From Myxococcota bacterium (GTDB lineage: Bacteria > Myxococcota_A > UBA9042 > PHBI01 > JAWLBL01): a DNA stretch of 64,000 nt. Both the position numbers and the translations under genes were made by a program. Below are positions 43,471-52,830 of this stretch, piece by piece. The stretch is from contig JAWLBL010000009.1 of NCBI GenBank assembly GCA_041687695.1, positions 43,634 to 107,633 of the forward strand, read 5' to 3'. Within the stretch, counting starts at the first letter, position 1. The number at the start of each line of letters is the position of its first letter. The notes under the pieces are model-generated. The model made no database searches, was not told the origin of the DNA, and worked only from the letters and a program-made list of their open reading frames with translations.

Positions 43471-45420
43471 GTGAACGTCGACCTGCCATTCCTCGAGCGC
43501 GGCGACGGCACGCGCGTGCCGCTGCAGGCCGCGTCTCGCCAGGGGCTGTCCGCCCTGCTCGGGGACGCCGACGCGCGCGGCTTTCTGGTCGCGCACGGGC
43601 TGACGGTCGAGGTCGGCGCCTCGGGGGTGCGCGCGCAGGCCGCGCTGCTGCACGACGCGCTGGTGCGGGCGGCCGGGTCGCTGCCCTCGGCGCCCGAGTC
43701 GGTGCGGCGTCACCCCGTGCTGCGCGCCATGACGGCCGAGGCGCTCATCGCCCTCGCGACCAGCGTGCGCGACGAAGGCGACGGCGGCGCCGATCTGGTC
43801 ATCCCGCTCGCCAGCAAGGCCGGCCCGTCGCTGCGCGCCCTGCCCCGCCCGCCAGCGCCCGCCGAGGTGCTGATGGCCATGCGCAGCGTGGCGCCCGAGG
43901 ACGCGCCCATCCTGCTGTCGACCCTCGAGGCGATGATCGACGCCGACGGCGGCCGCGCGCTCCCGGCGGCCACCCTGAAGCGCACGCTCATCCCACTGCT
44001 CGCCGTCGAAGAGACCTGCGGCCTGGCCGCCCGCGTGTTGGGCCGCGCCGGCGTCACCGAGGCCGCCCCGCCGATGCGCGCCGCCCTGGCCCGGACCGCC
44101 TCGCTCGACAACCGGCTGGCGCTGCTGGGTGGTTTGATGCGCCTGGGCCAGCGAGCCCTGGCGCTGCGCACGCTGAGGTCCATCCTCGCGCACGGTGGCC
44201 ACGAGGCGCGGCGAGGGGCCATCGGCCTGCTCACCGAGGTCGCCGCCGCCGAGGACGCCGTCGCGCTCCATGACATGCTGCTCCTGACGACGGGCGCCGA
44301 GCGCGTGAGCCTGGCCGCCGTCCTGTACCGCCTGGGCGACCCGCGGGCCTACAAGGTCCTGGCCACGGGCCTCGAGCAGCTGGGCCCCGAGTCGGACGCC
44401 GCGACCGCCGAGGGGCTCCTGCGCGCCATGGCCCGCCTGCGCTCCCGACGCTTCGGCCCGCTGCTGGCGGCCTACGCCCGGCGCGAGACGCGCCCGTGGT
44501 TCGCGGCGCGGGCCCGCAGCATCCTGGCCGAGCTCGAGGCCACGGGCAGCGACGAGCCGACGCCCGAGGCCCTGCTCGAGCGCGCCGAGGACGCCTACTT
44601 CGGCGGTCGCCCCGCGGAGGCCGCCAAGCTGCTCCAGGAGCTCATCACGCTCGATCAGGGCCACGCGCGCGGCCTGTACCTGTACGCCAACTGCCTCAAG
44701 GACGAGCAGCGGCTCGGCGAGGCGCTGGCGGCCTGCGACCGGGCGCTGCTGTCCGACGCGACCCACTGGCGCGCCCACCGCCTGCGCGGATCGCTCCTGT
44801 GGGATCTGGGCCGCCACGACGAGGCCCTCGACGCCTACGATCGCGCCCTGACCCTGCACCCGGTCGACCCCTACACCTGGTACTACAAGGGCTACGTGCT
44901 CTACCGCCTGCGCCGCGACGGCGAGGCCCTGCCCTGCCTCGACCGCGCGCTCAGCCTCAAGGGCGACTCGCCCTACATCCACAACCAGAAGGCGTTCTGC
45001 CTCGAGCGCCTCGGCCGCCACGCCGAGGCCGCGCGCTGCTACCGAAAGAGCCTGCAGCTCAAGCCCGACGACCCGGTCATCCGCGACTACCTGGGCCAGG
45101 CGCTGCAGGCCAGCGGCCGCCTCGACGAGGCGCTGGCCGCCTACGAGGCGGCGCTCCGCGTCGCGCCAGAGCGCGCCGAGACCCTGTACCACCGCGCCGA
45201 CGTCCTGTACGACCTCGAGCGCTGGGACGAGGCCGCGGCCGCCTTCTCGGCCTACCTCGCGCTGCGCGAGGACAGCTACAACGCCTGGTTCAACCGGGGC
45301 CTGTGCCTGCGCTTCCTCGGCCGCTACCTCGACGCGGCGCAGTGTTTCCGCCGGGCCCTGTCGCTGCGCCCCGACAGCGTCAACGCCCGGCGGCACCTGG
45401 CCTGGTGCCTGCAACGCTGA
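43471..45420 (+). CDS. HEAT-like + tetratricopeptide repeat protein
   Basis: C-terminal ~8 canonical TPRs (W..KG..L..L.R..EAL..DRAL); helical N-terminal half. Confidence 0.85.
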   Translation: MNVDLPFLERGDGTRVPLQAASRQGLSALLGDADARGFLVAHGLTVEVGASGVRAQAALLHDALVRAAGSLPSAPESVRRHPVLRAMTAEALIALATSVRDEGDGGADLVIPLASKAGPSLRALPRPPAPAEVLMAMRSVAPEDAPILLSTLEAMIDADGGRALPAATLKRTLIPLLAVEETCGLAARVLGRAGVTEAAPPMRAALARTASLDNRLALLGGLMRLGQRALALRTLRSILAHGGHEARRGAIGLLTEVAAAEDAVALHDMLLLTTGAERVSLAAVLYRLGDPRAYKVLATGLEQLGPESDAATAEGLLRAMARLRSRRFGPLLAAYARRETRPWFAARARSILAELEATGSDEPTPEALLERAEDAYFGGRPAEAAKLLQELITLDQGHARGLYLYANCLKDEQRLGEALAACDRALLSDATHWRAHRLRGSLLWDLGRHDEALDAYDRALTLHPVDPYTWYYKGYVLYRLRRDGEALPCLDRALSLKGDSPYIHNQKAFCLERLGRHAEAARCYRKSLQLKPDDPVIRDYLGQALQASGRLDEALAAYEAALRVAPERAETLYHRADVLYDLERWDEAAAAFSAYLALREDSYNAWFNRGLCLRFLGRYLDAAQCFRRALSLRPDSVNARRHLAWCLQR

Positions 45421-45525
45421 CGGCCCACCTGGTGCCCGCGGGACGCCCGGTCGCACGGGACGCCCCGTTGTGCGATCCGAATCAGGTGCTATCGTGGGCA
45501 CCGAAGCGGGTCACCGAGGCACTTC

Positions 45526-46959
45526 ATGTCGATTCCCGAGTTCACCAGGACCAAGATCGTCGCGACGCTGGGTCCGGCGACCATCTCCACCGAGATGCTG
45601 CGAGCCCTCATCGACGAGGGCGTGGACGTGTTCCGGCTCAACATGAGCCACATGGACCACGACACGGCGCGCGACCTCATCGCGCGCATACGCAGGCTGG
45701 ACCATCGCTGCGGCATCCTGGTCGACCTGCAGGGCCCCAAGATGCGGCTCACGGACGTGGTCGAGCCGTTCCCGGTCCACAACGGCGACGCGATCGTCGT
45801 CAGGGCCGGCGAGGAGACCGGGTCGCGCGAGGCCATCTACGTGCCGGTCCCCGAGCTCATCGCCAAGCTCGAGCCCGGCCACCATCTGCTCATCGACGAC
45901 GGGCTGCTGCGCTTCAAGGTCGTCGAGCGACGCGGCGAGGGCGAGATCCTCGCGACGGTCGTCTCGGGCGGCGTCGTGCGCAGCAGGAAGGGCGTCGCGG
46001 CGCCCGAGGCGCGCTTCACCCCCGAGCAGTACATCGACGAGGGGGACCTCGCCGACATCCGCTTCGCCGCCCGCAAGCAGGTCGACTTCATCGCCGCCTC
46101 CTTCGTCAGCCGGGCCGCCGACGTGCGCGCGGTGCGCGAGGCGATGGGCGACGAGGCGCACCAGATCGGCATCGTGGCCAAGATCGAGAGCCGCGTCGGC
46201 ATCGACAACATCCAGGAGATCATCGACGAGGCCGACGGCATCATGATCGCCCGCGGCGACCTGGGCGTCGAGATCCCCGCCGAGGAGGTCCCGCTGGTCC
46301 AAAAGCGGGTCATCAAGCTCTGCAAGGGCGCCGCCAAGCCGGTCATCGTGGCGACCCAGATGCTCGAGAGCATGGTCAACCACCCGATCGCCTCGCGCGC
46401 CGAGACGTCGGACGTGGCCAACGCCATCCTAGACGGCACCGACGCCGTGATGCTGTCGGCCGAGACCTCGGTCGGCCGCTACCCGGTCGAGGCGGTCAAG
46501 ACCATCGTGCGCATCTCGCACCACGTCGAGACCGAGGCGCCCCTGTTCCAGGAGGAGCTGTTCAACCGCCCCTCGAGCAACACGGTCGAGTTCGTCTGCA
46601 AGTCGGCCGCCCGCGTGGCCGAGGAGCTCAACGTCAAGGCCATCGTCGGCCTGACCTCCTCGGGCTTCACCGCGCGCAACATGGCCGCCTTCCGGCCGCG
46701 CGTGCCCATCTTCGCCACCACGCCGTCCGACCGCGTCGTGCGGCGCCTCAACATCTGCTACGGCGTCTACTGCATCCAGGCCGAGCACATCGGCCGCTAC
46801 GACGTGATGCTCTACCACTCGCTGCGCAAGCTGTGCGCCAAGGGCCTGCTGACCTCCGACGACACCATCGCGGTCATCGGCGGCATCCCGGTCGGCAAGT
46901 CGGGCTCGACGAACCTGCTGCAGGTCGGCACGGTCGGCGAGCTGATGGAGATCGACTGA
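45526..46959 (+). CDS. pyk: Pyruvate kinase
   Basis: TKIVATLGPA, RLNMSH, DLQGPK, AKIE, MIARGDLGVE, ATQMLESM, DGTDAVMLS. Confidence 0.97.
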   Translation: MSIPEFTRTKIVATLGPATISTEMLRALIDEGVDVFRLNMSHMDHDTARDLIARIRRLDHRCGILVDLQGPKMRLTDVVEPFPVHNGDAIVVRAGEETGSREAIYVPVPELIAKLEPGHHLLIDDGLLRFKVVERRGEGEILATVVSGGVVRSRKGVAAPEARFTPEQYIDEGDLADIRFAARKQVDFIAASFVSRAADVRAVREAMGDEAHQIGIVAKIESRVGIDNIQEIIDEADGIMIARGDLGVEIPAEEVPLVQKRVIKLCKGAAKPVIVATQMLESMVNHPIASRAETSDVANAILDGTDAVMLSAETSVGRYPVEAVKTIVRISHHVETEAPLFQEELFNRPSSNTVEFVCKSAARVAEELNVKAIVGLTSSGFTARNMAAFRPRVPIFATTPSDRVVRRLNICYGVYCIQAEHIGRYDVMLYHSLRKLCAKGLLTSDDTIAVIGGIPVGKSGSTNLLQVGTVGELMEID

Positions 46960-46982
46960 GGGGCGGTCACCCGCGTCGACGT

Positions 46983-47066
46983 TGCCGGGAGCGGGACTCG
47001 AACCCGCACGCCCTGACGGGCAAGGGATTTTAAGTCCCCTGCGTCTACCGATTCCGCCATCCCGGC
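46983..47066 (-). tRNA. tRNA-Leu (anticodon UAA), CCA not encoded
   Basis: GCCGGGA acceptor stem, TGGCGGAATCGGTAGACGC D-arm, GGGGA-CTTAAAA-TCCCT anticodon arm, long variable arm, GGTTCGAGTCC T-arm. Confidence 0.97.
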
Positions 47067-47153
47067 CCAGCCCGGCCCTCGTGGGCCGCGGCGCCTAAGC
47101 TGCCCCAAGCGGGGCCGCCGGGCAAGCGCGTCGGGTGCCCGCGCCGCGCGTCG

Positions 47154-48953
47154 TCACGGCCGCGCGACGATGACCACCAGGCCGTCGCCGCCGGGCTTGG
47201 ACTCGGGGCTGCCCAGCACGCCGGCCGCGCCACCGGCGCCGTGCCCCGGCACGTAGTGGGGTTCGCCGGCGCCGCCGGGCTGCTGGCCCTGACCCGCCGC
47301 CCAGGACGCGCCCACCAGCGCCGGAGACAGCCAACCGCTGCCGCCCCCGCCGCCGCCCCCGCCGCCGCTCGAGCTGCAGCTGCCGCTGCCGCCGCCGAAC
47401 CAGCCCCCGCCGCCGCCGCCCGCGCCGCCGTACTGCTCGCCGGGCCCCGAGCCGCCCAGCAGCGCCTGCCCCGCCTGGCCCGGCGTGCTGGCGATGAAGG
47501 TGCCGCCCGCGCCGCCCGCGACCTGCGTGCCGGGCTGCCCGCCGCCGCCGCCGTTGTCGCTGCCGCCGGCCGCCCCGCTGCCGCCTCCGCCTGCCCCGCC
47601 GCTGGCCGCCACCGAGCTGTTGCCGCCGCCGCCCCCGCCGCCCCCCGCGACGAGCACGAAGTCACCGTGCTGCACGAGCGCGCTGTACCCGCCCCCGCCG
47701 CCGCCCGCGCCGTTGCCGCCCGCGCCCCCGGCCGGCCCACCCGCGCCGCCGCCGTTGAGTCCGCCCTGCCCGAAGGCCGCGCCCGACCCACCAGCGCCCC
47801 CCGCGCCGCCGACGACGACCGTGAACGAGTCTCCCGGCTGCACGGCCAGGCTGACCTTGGCGAAGCCACCGGCGCCCCCGTGGCCGCCGTTGAAGCGAGC
47901 GCCGCCGCCACCACCGCCCCAGACGTACACGTCGATGAACGGGCACGCGCCGTCGACCACGAACGTGGTCCCCGCGCTCGGCGTCGCGAAGGCCGTCACC
48001 TGCTCCTGGCAGCCGCACTGGCCGCTTACGCAGGACGCCCCGCCGCCGCAGTCGCCGTCGCTCAGGCACTCGACGCAGGCGCCGTCGCCCGCGCACAGCG
48101 GCGCCTCGAGCGGGCACGTCCCGCACGATCCGCCGCAGCCGTCGCCTCCGCACTGCTTGCCCGCGCAGTCTGGCGCGCAGGCCGAGCACGCGTTGCCCAC
48201 GCACCCGCTGTCGCACTTCAGCGCCACGGACTGCGGCGCGCCGCACGCGTCGAACTGCCACAGGTCCCCCTGATGGCACGCGATGGTCGGCAGCCCGCCG
48301 CACACGCACACGCCCGCCTGGCAGACCTGACCGGCGCCCTCGCACGTCCCGCAGCTGCCCCCGCACCCGTCGTCGCCGCACTGCTTGCCGCCGCACGCGG
48401 GCGCGCAGCTCAGGCACTGCCCATCGGCGCAGCCCATGTCCTTGCAGCCCGCGGCCAGCAGGCTCTGGTTGCCGCACGAGTCGATCCAGTAGACGTCCCC
48501 CCCGATGCAGGCCGTCTGGTCCTTCGGGTCGCACACGCACGCCCCATCCACGCAGGCCTGGCCAAGCACCTGACACTTGCCGCACGTCCCGCCGCACCCG
48601 TCGTCGCCGCAGACCCGGTCCTCGCAGTCCGGGACGCACACGGCGTCGGACGCTGGCCCCGGGTCTTCGGCCCACGCGTCGTCGGTCGCCTTGGTGTCGC
48701 CCAGCCCCCCGTCGGCGGCGCCCGTCACGACGCACAGGCCGTTCCAGCAGGCCTGGCCGAAGCCGCAGGGCGCGCCGGTCAGCGGCTCGCCGTGCTGGCC
48801 GCACAGGATGGGGGTGTCGCCCTCGCAGCGGGGCGTGCAGGCCCCGATGGCGTCCGCCGATCCGCCCTCGGCGGCGTCGCTGCAGGCGACGACCATCAGC
48901 GTCAGCACCGACCACGCCGCCCAGCGCACCACGCTCAGCCCCGCTTCCCGCAT
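47154..48953 (-). CDS. Lipoprotein with myxococcal Cys-rich repeats and C-terminal glycine-rich (ALK/LTK-like) domain
   Basis: Lipobox VVAC; three C.P.C....CG.DGCGG.CG.C repeats; VYVWGGGGGG..GGAGGF...VVVGG..VLVAGGGGG..GGDGLVVI. Confidence 0.8.
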   Translation of the reverse strand: MREAGLSVVRWAAWSVLTLMVVACSDAAEGGSADAIGACTPRCEGDTPILCGQHGEPLTGAPCGFGQACWNGLCVVTGAADGGLGDTKATDDAWAEDPGPASDAVCVPDCEDRVCGDDGCGGTCGKCQVLGQACVDGACVCDPKDQTACIGGDVYWIDSCGNQSLLAAGCKDMGCADGQCLSCAPACGGKQCGDDGCGGSCGTCEGAGQVCQAGVCVCGGLPTIACHQGDLWQFDACGAPQSVALKCDSGCVGNACSACAPDCAGKQCGGDGCGGSCGTCPLEAPLCAGDGACVECLSDGDCGGGASCVSGQCGCQEQVTAFATPSAGTTFVVDGACPFIDVYVWGGGGGGARFNGGHGGAGGFAKVSLAVQPGDSFTVVVGGAGGAGGSGAAFGQGGLNGGGAGGPAGGAGGNGAGGGGGGYSALVQHGDFVLVAGGGGGGGGNSSVAASGGAGGGGSGAAGGSDNGGGGGQPGTQVAGGAGGTFIASTPGQAGQALLGGSGPGEQYGGAGGGGGGWFGGGSGSCSSSGGGGGGGGGSGWLSPALVGASWAAGQGQQPGGAGEPHYVPGHGAGGAAGVLGSPESKPGGDGLVVIVARP

Positions 48954-49221
48954 GATCGCCCCCAACGCCCGACGCAGGCGCGAGTATGACGAGGGTCGGC
49001 CCCGCCAAGCAACCCCACCCCGGCGCACGTGCCCGGCAGCGAGCGCCCCGTTCGTCGCGGTCCGAACCGCGTGTTGATCGAGCGTTGACCCGACCGCGCT
49101 CGCGCGAGAGGCTCCGCCGCGCCGCGGGCCGTCGCCCGCGCCGAAAGCGAGCGCTCCGCTGGTCCCCGACCCTCGATGGCCCCCCTCCGACGACGCGCCC
49201 CCGCCCTCCGACCCGGCGCGG

Positions 49222-50583
49222 ATGCGGGCGTTGGTCCTCCGGCACGGCCGGCAGGCGACAGCCTGGCAGGTCCTCGAGCCCGGCTATCGCTACTGGTTCG
49301 ACGGCGACGATGCAGCCGTGGCCTACGTCGACACCGGCGGCGCCTGGGTCGCGGCCGGTGAGCCCTTCGCCCCGCCCGAGCGCCTGGGCGAGGTGGCCCG
49401 AGCCTTCGCGCGCGACGCCGCCCAGGTCGGTCGGCGGGTCAGCTGGTTCGCCACCGGCGCCGACCTCGCCGGGTCGGGCGCGGTGGACACCCTGCGCGTC
49501 GGCGAGCAGCCCAGCTGGCGTCCGGCCGACTGGGCTCAGACCCTGCGCGGCGCCCGGAGCCTGCGCGAGCAGCTGCGTCGGGCGCGCGCCAAGGGCGTGG
49601 CCGTCCGGGCCGTCGACCCAAGCGCCGTCGCCGATCCGGGCCATCCGCTGCGCGCCCGCATGGACGCGCTGTCCCGACGTTGGCTCGCCTCGCGCGCCAT
49701 GGCGCCGATGGGCTTCATGGTCCAGGTGGACCCGCTGGCGCAGGCCGGCGACCGCCGTCTGCTGGTCGCCGAGTTGGACGGCGCCTTGGTCGGGCTGCTC
49801 AGCGCGCTCCCGGTCCCGGGCCGCGGCGGCTGGTTCGTCGAGCACCTGCTGCGGTCGCCCGACGCCCCGAACGGCACCACCGAGGCCCTGTTCGACGCGC
49901 TGCAGCGCGCGCTCGCCGAGGCCGACGTGCCCTACCTGACCCTTGGGCTGGCGCCGCTGTCGGGCGACGTCGGCCCATGGCTGGGTCGCGCCCGACGCTG
50001 GGGACGGTCGCTATACGACTTCGACGGGGTGCGCGCCTTCAAGGCCAAGCTGCGGCCCTGCGCCTGGGAGCCCATCGACGTCGCCTTCCCTCGCGGCCGC
50101 AGCCCGCTGGGGGCGATCTTCGACGTCCTGATGGCCTTCGCCGGCGGCCGCCCGCTGCGCTTCGCGCTGGCGACCCTGCTGCGAGGTCCCGCCCTGGTCT
50201 GGTGGGCGCTGGCCCTGCTGCTGGTGCCGTGGACGCTGCTGTTGGCGATCGCCGATACCGAGGTCTTCTTCCCGGCGCCCTGGGTGAAGTGGGCCTGGGT
50301 CGTCTTCGATGTCGGCCTGGCCGTGGCGCTCGCCTCCCTGGCACGCCGGTGGCGACGCGGGCTGGCTGGGCTCCTCGCGGCGCTCGTGACCCTGGACGCG
50401 GGGCTGACCTGGGCGCAGGCCGCGCTGTGGAACCTGCCCCGGGCCGCGGGCGAGCCGCTCCACGCGGCCGCGGCGGTCGTCGCCTGCCTGGCGCCGGCGG
50501 CGGCGGCGGTGGTCCTGTGGAGCGCCTGGAGGCACCGGGCGGGGCCGCGACGACCCGAGCGCCGGCGGCCGCGGAGCGCCTGA
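49222..50583 (+). CDS. DUF2156 (LPG synthase C-terminal) aminoacyl-transferase domain protein with C-terminal TM helices
   Basis: AGEP, LREQLRRA, RSPDAPNGTTEAL, TLGLAPL, YDFDGVRAFKAKLRP.WEP; four hydrophobic helices at the C-terminus. Confidence 0.8.
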   Translation: MRALVLRHGRQATAWQVLEPGYRYWFDGDDAAVAYVDTGGAWVAAGEPFAPPERLGEVARAFARDAAQVGRRVSWFATGADLAGSGAVDTLRVGEQPSWRPADWAQTLRGARSLREQLRRARAKGVAVRAVDPSAVADPGHPLRARMDALSRRWLASRAMAPMGFMVQVDPLAQAGDRRLLVAELDGALVGLLSALPVPGRGGWFVEHLLRSPDAPNGTTEALFDALQRALAEADVPYLTLGLAPLSGDVGPWLGRARRWGRSLYDFDGVRAFKAKLRPCAWEPIDVAFPRGRSPLGAIFDVLMAFAGGRPLRFALATLLRGPALVWWALALLLVPWTLLLAIADTEVFFPAPWVKWAWVVFDVGLAVALASLARRWRRGLAGLLAALVTLDAGLTWAQAALWNLPRAAGEPLHAAAAVVACLAPAAAAVVLWSAWRHRAGPRRPERRRPRSA

Positions 50584-50604
50584 GGGCGCGCGCGTTACGA
50601 GGTG

Positions 50605-50690
50605 CGAGGCCCACCCTCCGCGCGCGGAGGGCGGCGGCGAGTGGGCCTCGTGGGGGTCGCAGGGGCGCGAGACGCTCGCGAGCGTCTCGC
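50605..50690. repeat. Nested palindromic element between convergent genes
   Basis: CGAGGCCCAC...GTGGGCCTCG enclosing a perfect 18-bp palindrome (50614-31), plus a perfect 24-bp palindrome GCGAGACGCTCGCGAGCGTCTCGC (50667-90). Confidence 0.7.
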
Positions 50691-50701
50691 AGGCGGGGCG
50701 C

Positions 50702-52447
50702 TCAGTGCACGACGCGGGAGCCGCCGAGCGTGCGCCAGGTCTCGGGCGAGCTGGTGGTGAGCCGGAAGTCGGTGCTGCCGGTCGAATACCCACCCTGGAC
50801 CATGTCGCCGCCTTCGCAGAGGAAGCGCTCGAGGACGTTCTTGCGGTGCGGCAGGAAGAGCTCGTGCATGGGCTTGGAGAGCCGGAACTTGCCGTTTTCG
50901 GGCGCGATCTCGTTGATGTGCACGAAGCCGAAGTCCTCGCCGCCCTTGTCGGGCCAGGTGATGCCTTGGCCCAGGTCGGCGTTCTGGACGTTGTGGTGGC
51001 AGCCGGCGCAGGAGAGCACGTCGGCGCGGTTGATGATCTGTGCGGGGGTCAGGGGGATGTCCAGCTCGGTCAGGCGCCCCTGGATGGCGTCGAGGAATTC
51101 CGTCGGGACGTCACCTGCGTGGCCCACGTAGCAGGCGTCGGCGGGAAGCGGGAACGGCCCGCCGGGCACGCACGACAGCGGCTCCGTGGACTGGCCGGCG
51201 TTGTACTTGTCGTCGATCGCGCTGAAGAACAGGTTCGGATCGGCGAGGGCCAGGCGGGGGATGTCGTCGAGGAAGTCGTCCGTGTCGCCGGGGGTCGCCG
51301 CCGGATCGAGGCCCTGGAACGCCCGGTAGTGCGGGATGTCCGAGGTGGCGAAGAGGCCGCCGAAGGGGTTGGTCTTGACGGTGACCTGCTTGATCCCGAG
51401 CTTGCAGGAGGGCTTGTGCCACCACTTGCTGGGCTCGTCGCAGGTGCGGGTCAGCTGGAACTCGCGCAGCTGCCAGTTCTGGAACTGGCCCAGCTCGGCG
51501 AGTCCGGCCGCGGCCATGAACTGGTTGGTGCGGATCTGACCGCCCTTGGGGCCGAAGTTGTCGGCGTGCAGGACCGGGCCGTAGCCGGGCAGTCCGATGA
51601 AGTAGAAGCCCTCGAGCAGCAGGCGCCGCGCATGGGGGTTGTTGATGCGCGACAGGTTGGTCCAGAACTTCACGACGGGCAGGCAGGCGTTGACGCCGCA
51701 CTCGGGGTAGGGGTTGGGGAGGGCGGCCTCGAAGATGAGGAGGTTGCGGTCGAGGCCGTTCGTCTGGCCCGAGCGCTTGGCGAACACGATGCGGTACTCG
51801 CCGCAGTGCGAGCCGTCGGCCGGGGCGAGGTCGAAGCGGTTGGTCAGGGCGATGGGGATGTAGCCGTCCGGGTTGGGGACGACGGCGCCGGTGTCGTCGA
51901 TGATGGTCTCGGCGTAGGGATCGGTGTCGACGAGCGTGCCCTCGGCGCGGGGGCAGTCGAAGCCATAGCCGTTGAAGGTCGCGACGCCGTCGGTCATCGT
52001 GTCGTCGCATCGGGACTGGTCGGGGTGCAGCGCGCGGCTCGCGTCGTTCTGCGTGTCCCACCAGCGCTCGTAGAGTTCGTAGGTGCTGATGGACCGGTCG
52101 CCGCTCGTCTTGACGATGCGCTCCATCACGTTCTCGAACGTGAAATTGCGCAGGATCTCGATGTCGCTGATCGCGAGCGAGCGATAGGGATCCACGTCGG
52201 GGATCTTGTCGCAGCGAGGGGTCGGTCGTGGACAGTACTTCGTCGGGATCTTGGCGTCCTCGGCCTCGCCTTCCAACTGCGCCAGGGCGGCCATCGAGCT
52301 CTCTGTGCTCGCGGGCGGCCCCGCTGTGTCGTCGTTGGCGCAGGCCAGCATGGCGCCGCTCGACCCCACGATGAGGCCCAGCATGACGGGCCATCTCCAC
52401 AGCGGACGCACCGCTGCAGAGCGCCCACCTCGGTGGTGCGTCTGCAT
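50702..52447 (-). CDS. Secreted/lipoprotein with C-terminal CxxCH heme-binding motif
   Basis: ATG after AAGGAG; lipobox-like MLAC; GEYRIVF, QIRTNQF, WQLREF and SCAGCH motifs. Confidence 0.75.
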   Translation of the reverse strand: MQTHHRGGRSAAVRPLWRWPVMLGLIVGSSGAMLACANDDTAGPPASTESSMAALAQLEGEAEDAKIPTKYCPRPTPRCDKIPDVDPYRSLAISDIEILRNFTFENVMERIVKTSGDRSISTYELYERWWDTQNDASRALHPDQSRCDDTMTDGVATFNGYGFDCPRAEGTLVDTDPYAETIIDDTGAVVPNPDGYIPIALTNRFDLAPADGSHCGEYRIVFAKRSGQTNGLDRNLLIFEAALPNPYPECGVNACLPVVKFWTNLSRINNPHARRLLLEGFYFIGLPGYGPVLHADNFGPKGGQIRTNQFMAAAGLAELGQFQNWQLREFQLTRTCDEPSKWWHKPSCKLGIKQVTVKTNPFGGLFATSDIPHYRAFQGLDPAATPGDTDDFLDDIPRLALADPNLFFSAIDDKYNAGQSTEPLSCVPGGPFPLPADACYVGHAGDVPTEFLDAIQGRLTELDIPLTPAQIINRADVLSCAGCHHNVQNADLGQGITWPDKGGEDFGFVHINEIAPENGKFRLSKPMHELFLPHRKNVLERFLCEGGDMVQGGYSTGSTDFRLTTSSPETWRTLGGSRVVH

Positions 52448-52830
52448 GGCTGACTCCTTTGGGGCCGATCGAGGGTGACCGGCCCGCCAGACGCGCCGGC
52501 TATGGCGCGCCCGCAACCGCAACCTGAGCACACCGGGACCCGATTCAATACGACGAGCGGGGGCTCTCGGCCATGTCCAATCATTGCAGCCACTTGCGCC
52601 AGAATACACCAATTCCCATGTATTCTCATGCACTTACACCCAAGTCAACGCACCTCGGAATGCAAGCGCCGCACCCGCCGACGGCGAAAATGGCACACCG
52701 AATCCAGCACTTGGGCCAGCGGCGCTCGGAAGGATCCCGGTTCGCGTTTTTTTTCGCCGGCTACAGGGTCCAGGTCACCCGCCTGGCGACCGGCTCCGGG
52801 CCGGGTGCTATCCTCGCGCCCGAGGCCCCT

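Noticed and set aside
46983..47160. Prophage or ICE integrated at tRNA-Leu
   Set aside because: No integrase and no duplicated tRNA 3' end seen; the tRNA 3' end abuts pyk.
52582..52602. Sigma-54 promoter for the CxxCH lipoprotein (minus-strand TGGCGC...CTGC)
   Set aside because: GG-to-GC spacing is 11 nt rather than the required 10.
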